Positions 25,733 to 32,911 of a stretch of 64,000 nucleotides of DNA are shown piece after piece. Below the pieces are notes generated by a model that was given only the letters and a program-made list of their open reading frames with translations, made no database searches and was not told where the DNA came from. Positions within the stretch are counted from its first letter, which is position 1; every line of letters starts with the position of its first letter. The position numbers were made by a program, and so were the translations under genes. Source of the DNA: Hyalangium minutum (lineage in GTDB: Bacteria > Myxococcota > Myxococcia > Myxococcales > Myxococcaceae); contig NZ_JMCB01000004.1 in NCBI RefSeq assembly GCF_000737315.1, positions 1-64,000 of the forward strand, read 5' to 3'.

Positions 25733-27049
25733 TTGAGAGACGTGGCCTCTGGAACGGATGTGCTGAGAGCACTGGGTGACTTCGAGCGTGCGTTCTGGCT
25801 GATGGATCAGACCCACAGCGTCAACTTCGCCATCATCGCGCACGTGAGAGGAGCGCTGGAGCCTCAGGTGCTCGAACGTGCGCTCGCGCTGCTTCAGGCC
25901 CGGCATCCGCTGCTGGGCGCCCGGATCACCGACTCCGGACCCGCCTCGTTCGGTAGGGGCGGGGTGCCACCCATTCCCCTACGTGAGGCGTCCCGTGGCT
26001 CCGAGGATCAGTGGCGCCAGGAGGTGGAGCACGAGCTGAATACTCCGCTGCCCTGGAGCCAGGGGCCGCTGGTGCGCGCCGTCCTCGTGCGAGCGGCGGA
26101 GCAGAGTGAGATCCTGCTCACCTTTCACCACTCGGCGGGAGATGGGCGCTCGGGGATGTACGCGATGAGGGATCTGCTCACGTTCGCGGCCTCGCTCATG
26201 GGCGGGGCGCCGGTGGCGGCGGAAGCCGTGCGATTCCCGCCCAGCATCGAGGAGCTGTCCGCTCCGCACGTGCGAGGGCTGCGGGCCTTCGGGCGGGTTG
26301 CGCGGTTCTTGGGCTCGACGGTGCTGGCGATGAGCCGGCGCCCCGGGAAGCTCCCCTCGCAGAGCCAGGAAGTGAAGGCGCGGACCGCCCTGCTCCATGG
26401 GGAGCTGTCCCCGGAAGAGGGCGAGCGGCTTCGTGCCCGCTGCCGAAAGGAGTCGGCCACGGTCCACGGAGTGCTCTGCGGCGCCATGCTCCGGGCGGCG
26501 GCGGCCCAGCTCGACGGCCTCACCCACTCCTCCAAGCCGCGCTTCCTGAGCTGCTATTCGCCCGTTGATCTGCGGGACATGTTCCAGGAGTCCGTGGCCC
26601 CAGGCGCCGTGGGCTATTTCCTGGGGATGGGGCTGAGCTTCCACCGCGTCGACCGTTCGGCGGAGATCTGGCCCCTGGCGCGCGAGGTGGGGGAGCGCCT
26701 GCGCACCATGCGGGAGGACGGCACCATCGTCGCTGCCACCCACTTCCAGAGCCGCGTACAGAAGGGCTGGGACGTGAAGACCGCCGCGAGCAGCGCGCCC
26801 CCGGTCACCGCCGCGGTGTCCAACCTCCGGGAGGTGGACATCCCCGGCCAGTACGGCCCGCTCGCCTTGGACGGTGTCCATTTCTCCCTGGCGAGCCATG
26901 GCTGGGGAACCGCCCCTGTGCTCACCGTGGCGACCTACCAGGGGCGCATGCAGTTGAACTTCACCTACAGCCTCCCTCGCGTGCCCGAGGAGTGGGGCCG
27001 CCAGGTGTTCGAGCGCGCCCTCGGGGAGCTTCGTGCCCTGGCCGCTTGA
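25733..27049 (+). CDS. Stand-alone condensation-domain/PapA5-like acyltransferase
   Basis: TTG start after GAGAGGGA; intact HHxxxDG (HHSAGDG, 26126-26146); RALGDFE N-terminus and SNL/TVATYQGRMQLNFTY C-terminal pattern typical of the CoA-dependent acyltransferase fold. Confidence 0.82.
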   Translation: MRDVASGTDVLRALGDFERAFWLMDQTHSVNFAIIAHVRGALEPQVLERALALLQARHPLLGARITDSGPASFGRGGVPPIPLREASRGSEDQWRQEVEHELNTPLPWSQGPLVRAVLVRAAEQSEILLTFHHSAGDGRSGMYAMRDLLTFAASLMGGAPVAAEAVRFPPSIEELSAPHVRGLRAFGRVARFLGSTVLAMSRRPGKLPSQSQEVKARTALLHGELSPEEGERLRARCRKESATVHGVLCGAMLRAAAAQLDGLTHSSKPRFLSCYSPVDLRDMFQESVAPGAVGYFLGMGLSFHRVDRSAEIWPLAREVGERLRTMREDGTIVAATHFQSRVQKGWDVKTAASSAPPVTAAVSNLREVDIPGQYGPLALDGVHFSLASHGWGTAPVLTVATYQGRMQLNFTYSLPRVPEEWGRQVFERALGELRALAA

Positions 27050-27071
27050 GCCCGCTGCGGCCGGGGGTGGA

Positions 27072-27497
27072 TCAGGCGATCTTCGTCGGCAGGGCCTCGC
27101 TCTTGCGGGTGCCACGCCAGAAGGGCCACGCGTCGTAGAGGTACAGCCCGAAGGGCACCAGCCAGATGACGTCGTTGGTGAGGGTGAGCACGATGGAGGC
27201 AGGGGGCCAATCTCCACGGAGGACGAGCCCGATGGAGGGCAGCCCCAGCAGCTTGCCCAGCATCCCCGCCGCGGCGGGGACGAAGCCCTGCTCAGGATTC
27301 CGTCCCACCTCCAGGTAGATGATACCGAAGCAGCCCACGACGACGCCCAGCCCTGCGAAGATGCCGGGGTGGTTGAGGGGCTGCATGCCCGCGAAGCGGA
27401 AGAGCCACTGTTGATCCACCAGGGCGTAGAGCCCCCAGAGGATGTTGTAGATCCCCGCCAGGGTGAAGGTTGCGCGGTGCAGGGCGCGCCGTTTCAT
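27072..27497 (-). CDS. Small multi-pass membrane protein of unknown function
   Basis: 141 aa with about four hydrophobic segments (AGIYNILWGLY, GLGVVVGCFGIIY, GMLGKLLG, NDVIWLVPF). Confidence 0.7.
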   Translation of the reverse strand: MKRRALHRATFTLAGIYNILWGLYALVDQQWLFRFAGMQPLNHPGIFAGLGVVVGCFGIIYLEVGRNPEQGFVPAAAGMLGKLLGLPSIGLVLRGDWPPASIVLTLTNDVIWLVPFGLYLYDAWPFWRGTRKSEALPTKIA

Positions 27498-27594
27498 GAA
27501 GGACTCCCTTGGGTGCTGGAGCCCGCTCCGGCTCGCGAATGCCGATGACGGGGCCCAGGTGAACTATAAGTGGAATGAAGTACAGGAGAGAAAC

Positions 27595-28548
27595 GTGACG
27601 ATCGCGATCTTGGGTGCAGCGGGGGCCGTTGGAAAGGCGGTGGCTGCGGCACTTCGGCAGCGCAACATTCCCTTTCGTGCCGTGGGCCGCAACAAGGCCC
27701 GGCTGGAGGCAGCCTTCAAGGACTACCCTGGCGCCGAGCTCGTGGAGGCGGATCTCATGACGGTGGAGGGAGCGCGCAAGGCCTCCCGGGGCATGAGCAC
27801 GCTCATCCATACCGCGGGGGTGACCTACACCGAGTTCGAGCGGCTGCCGCCGATGATGCGCGCGTCCATCGACGGTGCGGTGGCCGAGGGCGTGAAGCGG
27901 ATCGTCCTGGCCACCAACGTCTATCCCTACGGCCGGCCCCGCACCTCGCCCGTGAAGGAAGATCACCCGCGCGAGCCGCACACGAAGAAGGGCCAACTGC
28001 GCAAGCAGCAGGAGGATCTGCTGCTGGAGGCACATGCCCAGGGCAAGCTGCAGGGACTGGTGGTGCGCTTCCCGGACTTCTACGGGGCGGACGCGGAGTA
28101 CAGCTTTGCCATCGGCATGGCTCAGGCGGCGGTGGCCGGCAAGGCGGCGAACCTGGTGGGCAACATCGATCTGCCCCACGAGTTCATCTACATCCCGGAC
28201 GCGGGACCGGTGCTGGTGGACCTGGCCCTTCGCGATGACGTCTGGGGCGAGGTCTGGCACTGCGGTGGGGCGAGCACCATCACTCAGCGTCAGTTCGTCA
28301 CCCAGCTCTTCGAGGCGGCGGGCCGCAAGCCGAAGTTCCGGGCGGCGGGCTCGGGGCTGGTGCGCATGATTGGCCTCTTCGATCCCTTCATGCGCGAGCT
28401 GTTTGAGATGATGTACCAGTGGCAGGAGACCCCCCTGGTGCTGGACGACTCCAAGCTGCGCGTGAAGCTCGGGAACGTGAAGAAGACGTCCTACGAGGAC
28501 GGCATCCGCCAGACCATTGGGGAGCTCAAAGCTCGGACGGCGAAGTAG
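27595..28548 (+). CDS. NAD-dependent epimerase/dehydratase (atypical SDR) family protein
   Basis: GTG start after AGGAGAG; ILGAAGAVG Rossmann motif; TNVYPYG, HTKKG, VRFPDFYG. Confidence 0.85.
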   Translation: MTIAILGAAGAVGKAVAAALRQRNIPFRAVGRNKARLEAAFKDYPGAELVEADLMTVEGARKASRGMSTLIHTAGVTYTEFERLPPMMRASIDGAVAEGVKRIVLATNVYPYGRPRTSPVKEDHPREPHTKKGQLRKQQEDLLLEAHAQGKLQGLVVRFPDFYGADAEYSFAIGMAQAAVAGKAANLVGNIDLPHEFIYIPDAGPVLVDLALRDDVWGEVWHCGGASTITQRQFVTQLFEAAGRKPKFRAAGSGLVRMIGLFDPFMRELFEMMYQWQETPLVLDDSKLRVKLGNVKKTSYEDGIRQTIGELKARTAK

Positions 28549-28643
28549 CGGACGCGCGCCCGCGTCACTTTGATCAAGGCCCTCCTGATGAAGTACGTCA
28601 ACGATTGATACCTGTGCTGACTTCCTCTCCCAATCCGGATCCC

Positions 28644-29261
28644 ATGCGCCACCACCCTGTTCAAGTTGCTCTCCTCCTCTCCGCCTCTGTGCTCTTGACG
28701 GGGCTGATCTTCGTCTCCTGCGCCACGGACAGCAGCTCCACCGCCGTGCAAGCTCAGGCTCCGCAGACCTGTGACTCGTGCCTGGCCGGAACGTGCGCGG
28801 AGAAGAGCCAAGCCTGCTTGAGTGACCCCACCTGCCGCGAGACGTTCGAGTGCGCGCAGAAGTGCGGGGACAGGGACAAGTGGTGCGTCTGGAACTGCGT
28901 CCTGGCGCGCCCCCAGAGCGTGCCGAAGTTCTTCCCCGCCGCCCACTGCACCACCAAGCAGTGCTCTCCCGCTTGCCAGTTTCCGGCGCGGATTATCGAC
29001 TCGTGCTTGGAGTGCAATGCCACCTACTGTGGCCAGGCGATGAGCGGCTGCTTCGAGAACCGGGAGTGCTGGACGCTGGTGCACTGCGTGCGCAACAACT
29101 GCCAGCCCGGAGACCTGGAGTGCGCGCAGGAGTGCATTGGCGAGCATCCGGACGGCCTCGCTTCGATCCAGCCGCTGCGTGACTGCGGCGGGGATCACTG
29201 CGCGGAGCAGTGCTCCAGGCGCGAGAACTACGATCTCCCCGATGGGGGCGCCCCGCGCTAG
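28644..29261 (+). CDS. Cysteine-rich lipoprotein with two 12-Cys repeats
   Basis: ATG 28644; hydrophobic signal ending in LIFVS-C; 24 further Cys in two repeats with near-identical spacing. Confidence 0.8.
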   Translation: MRHHPVQVALLLSASVLLTGLIFVSCATDSSSTAVQAQAPQTCDSCLAGTCAEKSQACLSDPTCRETFECAQKCGDRDKWCVWNCVLARPQSVPKFFPAAHCTTKQCSPACQFPARIIDSCLECNATYCGQAMSGCFENRECWTLVHCVRNNCQPGDLECAQECIGEHPDGLASIQPLRDCGGDHCAEQCSRRENYDLPDGGAPR

Positions 29262-29287
29262 GCCGCCCCGCGCCAGGCCGCCGCGTG

Positions 29288-30682
29288 CTAGGCTGCCGCG
29301 GCGCGCCGGTACAGCTTCAGAGGCACCGTGTCCGGGCGCAGGTTGACGCCGACCACAAAGGGGGGCGGCTTCTGCTCGGTGTACTGCACCCGGTAGCGCT
29401 GCACGATCATGGCCAGGATGATCTGCATCTCCATCGAGGCGAAGTTCGTCCCGATGCACATGCGCATGCCCCCGCCGAACGGGAAGAAGGCCAGCCGGGG
29501 GCGCCCGGCGGAACGCTCGGGACTGAAGCGCTCCGGGTTGAACTTCTCGGGCTCCTCCCAGACGGCGGGGTGGCGGTGGGTGAGGTAGGGGCTGAGGGTG
29601 ATGATGTCTCCCTTGGACACCAGGTAGCCCCCGATGACGTCGTCGCTCATGGCCTCGCGGGGGAAGCTCCAGACAGGGGGGTACAGGCGCATGGACTCAT
29701 CGATGACCATGGCCGTGTACCGGAGCTTCGGCAGATCCTGCGCGGTGGGCACGCGGCCCTCGAGCACCGAGTCGACCTCGGCCTGGAGCTTCTCCCAGAC
29801 CTCGGGGTGGCTGCCCAGCAGGAACCACGTCCACCCCAGCGCGAACGTGGTGGTCTCATGCCCGGCGACGATGAGCGTCATCAGCTCGTCGCGGAGCTGC
29901 GCGTCGCTCATGCCCCCGCCCGTGTCCTCGTAGCGGGCCTCCAGCAGCATCTGGAGCAGATCCTGCGGAGGCTGAGCCTGCTTGCGCCGGGCCTCGATGA
30001 GGCCGAGCACCGCGCGGTTCAGCATGGCCATGTTCTTGTCGAACTCGCGGTTGGCCTTGGTCGGCAGGAACATCCGCAGCGGGTTGGCGGACAGGAGCCG
30101 TGCGCTGTTCTCGTGGGTGGCGCTGTACATCGCGTCCTCGAGCTCCGCGGCCCCGGGGTTGACGGTCCCGTTGAAGGCGTCACTGCTGAAGAGCGTCCGC
30201 GTGGTGATGGAGAGGGTGAGCCGCGTCATCTCCGGCATGATGTCCAGGACGGTGCCGTCGGGCAGGGCGTCCCAGTTTCGGAGATGGGCGCCCATCACCT
30301 GGACCATCTGGTCCACCAGGACGGCCAGCCTCTCGCGGTGGAAGGCGGGCTGGGCGAGCCTTCGCTGGCGTCTCCAGGACTCCCCGTCGTTGGTGATGAG
30401 CCCCTTGCCGAGGATGGGCTCGGCCCTGCGCAGCAGCTTGCTGCGGCCGTAGATGGTGGGGCGCTCCACCAGGATGTGCTTCACGTGGTCCGGGTGGGTG
30501 AAGTAGGTCACCCGGATCGGGCCCATCCGGTAGGAGATGACCTCGCCGTACTCGGCGAACCCTTGTGAGAGCAAGCCGAGTGGGTCCTTCTGCAACTCGA
30601 GGATGCTACCCAGGAGCCAGTGACCCTTGGGGCCGCTGGGCCTCCTCGGAGTGGAAGGAACTTGGGGTGCAGGCGACAGCAT
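29288..30682 (-). CDS. Cytochrome P450 (canonical)
   Basis: GGAGGAG RBS; AGHETT I-helix, ESMR (ExxR), PERF, FGGGMRMCIG. Confidence 0.95.
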   Translation of the reverse strand: MLSPAPQVPSTPRRPSGPKGHWLLGSILELQKDPLGLLSQGFAEYGEVISYRMGPIRVTYFTHPDHVKHILVERPTIYGRSKLLRRAEPILGKGLITNDGESWRRQRRLAQPAFHRERLAVLVDQMVQVMGAHLRNWDALPDGTVLDIMPEMTRLTLSITTRTLFSSDAFNGTVNPGAAELEDAMYSATHENSARLLSANPLRMFLPTKANREFDKNMAMLNRAVLGLIEARRKQAQPPQDLLQMLLEARYEDTGGGMSDAQLRDELMTLIVAGHETTTFALGWTWFLLGSHPEVWEKLQAEVDSVLEGRVPTAQDLPKLRYTAMVIDESMRLYPPVWSFPREAMSDDVIGGYLVSKGDIITLSPYLTHRHPAVWEEPEKFNPERFSPERSAGRPRLAFFPFGGGMRMCIGTNFASMEMQIILAMIVQRYRVQYTEQKPPPFVVGVNLRPDTVPLKLYRRAAAA

Positions 30683-30728
30683 ATGAACTCCTCCAGAGCC
30701 TGGGGGGAGGGAAGACAGAAGCCACGGA

Positions 30729-32279
30729 CTACTTCGCCGCGGGGGCGTGCTGCACCGGCGGCACGTAGGGCCAGCTCTTGAGCGGTCCCTTGCCCGCGTC
30801 GCGCGAGATGTAGTCCGCGGCGATGTTGGCGCTCTCCATGATTGCGAGCAGTCCGCTGCCGGGGTGGGTGCCGCCGCCCACGAAGTACAGCCCGCTCACC
30901 TCCGTGTTCTTCACCCGAGGGCGCAGCGGCCCGAGCTGGTCCATGGTGTGGGCCAGGTTGAAGACGGCGCCGCGGAACACGTTGAAGTCATCCCGCCAGG
31001 TCTCCGCGGTCCAGGAGCGCCGGGCGCGGATGTGCTTGGTGATGTCGTGGATGCCCACCTTGGTGAGCAGCTCGGGGACGCGCTCGTTGAGTATCCGCTC
31101 GGCCTGCTTGAAGTCCACCGGGTGGCCGGTGTGGGGCGTGGGGATCGTGACGTAGAGCGTGGAGTGTCCCGGCGGCGCGACGGAGGGATCCGTGACGCAC
31201 GGGTTGCAGACGTAGAAGGGCGGATCCTCGGTGTCCACCGTCGTGTCCTCGAGCTTCGCGAGATCGTTCTTCAGGCCGTTGGCGGAGAAGGAGATCTGGT
31301 GGTGAGGCACGTCATAGACGCGATCCAGGCCCAGGTAGAGCATGAAGAGGCTGGGCGAGTACCGGGCCTTGTCCAGGAAGCCATCGGTCATGCGGCCCTT
31401 GCGCCAGCGCGCGTCCAGGAGGTTCTTGGCGGCGTAGGGCAGATCCGCGTTGACGACCACGGTGTCTGCCTTCAGGCGCTCGCCCGAGCTCAGCTCCACG
31501 CCGCGCGCCTTGCCCTCTTCGACCCAGATGCGGGAGACGGGCGTGCCCATCCGGAACTCCACGCCCAGATCCTGCGCGCACTTCATCATCCCTTGCGCCA
31601 TCGCACGGAAGCCGCCCTTGGGGTGCCACACGCCGAAGGCCAGCTCCAGGTAGGGGACGATGGAGAAGAGGCTGGTGGCGGTGGTGGGGTGCAGCCCCAG
31701 GTACTTGGAGGAGAAGGCGAACCCGTAGGTGATGCGGTCGTCTTTGAAGTAATCGTTGAAGTGCGAGTAGAGCGTCTGCCAGGGCTTGAAGCGCAGGTTG
31801 GGTCCCCACAGCCACGGCACGATGTACCCGGGGAGCGAGTCGGCTGGGGTGGCAACGAACTTGCCGTAGATGAAGCGGTACTTCTCCTCGGCATCGGCCA
31901 CCCAGCGCTTGAGGGCTGCGGGCTTGTCGGGGCCGAAGCGGGCCAGATCCGCGGCCATGCGCTCCGTGTCGCGGAAGGAGTCCATGTACGTGCCATCCCA
32001 GAACCAGGTACGGCTCATCGGCTCCACGGGCAGCAGGGTCACATAGTCTTCGAGCCGCTTGCCGGCGCGCTCGAAGGTTTTGAAGAGGATCTCGGGGACC
32101 TGGAAGATGGTGGGCCCGGTGTCGATCGTGTACTCGTTCTGTTCGCCGAGGGTCAGGCCCTTCATGCGGCCGCCGGGGACCGGATCCTTCTCCACGACGG
32201 TCACCTTCAGCCCGAGCCCTGCCAGGTTGATGGCGGACAACAAGCCTCCGGGGCCTGCTCCGACGATGAGGACGTCCAT
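30729..32279 (-). CDS. crtI: Phytoene desaturase family FAD oxidoreductase, close to myxobacterial CrtIa
   Basis: GAGPGG FAD motif, EK..PGGR, DTGPT, YLGLHP, C-terminal GLYFVGGGTHPGSGL CrtI signature. Confidence 0.9.
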   Translation of the reverse strand: MDVLIVGAGPGGLLSAINLAGLGLKVTVVEKDPVPGGRMKGLTLGEQNEYTIDTGPTIFQVPEILFKTFERAGKRLEDYVTLLPVEPMSRTWFWDGTYMDSFRDTERMAADLARFGPDKPAALKRWVADAEEKYRFIYGKFVATPADSLPGYIVPWLWGPNLRFKPWQTLYSHFNDYFKDDRITYGFAFSSKYLGLHPTTATSLFSIVPYLELAFGVWHPKGGFRAMAQGMMKCAQDLGVEFRMGTPVSRIWVEEGKARGVELSSGERLKADTVVVNADLPYAAKNLLDARWRKGRMTDGFLDKARYSPSLFMLYLGLDRVYDVPHHQISFSANGLKNDLAKLEDTTVDTEDPPFYVCNPCVTDPSVAPPGHSTLYVTIPTPHTGHPVDFKQAERILNERVPELLTKVGIHDITKHIRARRSWTAETWRDDFNVFRGAVFNLAHTMDQLGPLRPRVKNTEVSGLYFVGGGTHPGSGLLAIMESANIAADYISRDAGKGPLKSWPYVPPVQHAPAAK

Positions 32280-32425
32280 CTGGTTTCACCTCTCTTGGGT
32301 GCCGTTCCGCGCAGGCGCGAGGCGGCATGAGCGCCGCTCCCACGCACAGGGGATGATCGGCGCGCATCGTCACATAGTGGACGGAAGCTTGTCATCCCCG
32401 GGATTCGGGTATTAGGGGGAAATAG

Positions 32426-32524
32426 TGGCGGTAGGGCATGAGAATCGAACTCACCAGGGACCGTTCTCACGGCCCCTCACCGGTTTTGAAGACCGGGCCG
32501 GCCACCAGATCCGGAGGCCCTACC
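32426..32524 (-). tRNA. selC: tRNA-Sec (anticodon UCA)
   Basis: Minus strand reads GGTAGGGC...CCGGT-CTTCAAA-ACCGG...GGGGCCGT-GAGA-ACGGTCCC...GTGAG-TTCGATT-CTCAT-GCCCTACC-G-CCA. This gives an 8-bp acceptor stem, 5-bp T stem, long variable arm, TCA anticodon, G discriminator and encoded CCA (99 nt). Confidence 0.9.
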
Positions 32525-32578
32525 ACGCTCGACTCTACTGCCCGGCCAATGCCCCTCCGTCAACGATGCGCTCGATAA

Positions 32579-32740
32579 GAAAGCGCTGTCAGATCCAGAG
32601 GTGTTTGACGCATAAAGCCACAAATTGAAAAGGCAGTTTTGCGCTCCCACGCATAATTTTATGCGGTGATGGCAAAAGGTGGCATGAGTTTTTGAATGCG
32701 CTTTCATAAAGCGCTTTACTCCCTGGAAAAGACGCTTTAC
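32579..32740. promoter_or_regulatory. AT-rich intergenic array of LacI/GalR-type operator-like palindromes
   Basis: GAAAGCGCTGTC (32579-32590), TGAATGCGCTTTCA (32693-32706), perfect TAAAGCGCTTTA (32707-32718), GAAAAGACGCTTTAC (~32726-32740), plus CGCATAA-TT-TTATGCG (32650-32665). Confidence 0.55.
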
Positions 32741-32911
32741 ACTCGGTTCCAGAAAAGTGCCGAAGGGTCTCCTGCCGTTGGAATGACCTGGGCTGCGTTG
32801 CGCCCTGTGAGTCTGTCTTCAGAGGCACGGTTCCAAGCGCTGCATTGCGTCAGTTGACTCAACCCTTGATCGGCTCCGGGGCTGGATCTCCATGGGCCGA
32901 GAAGGAAGGCC

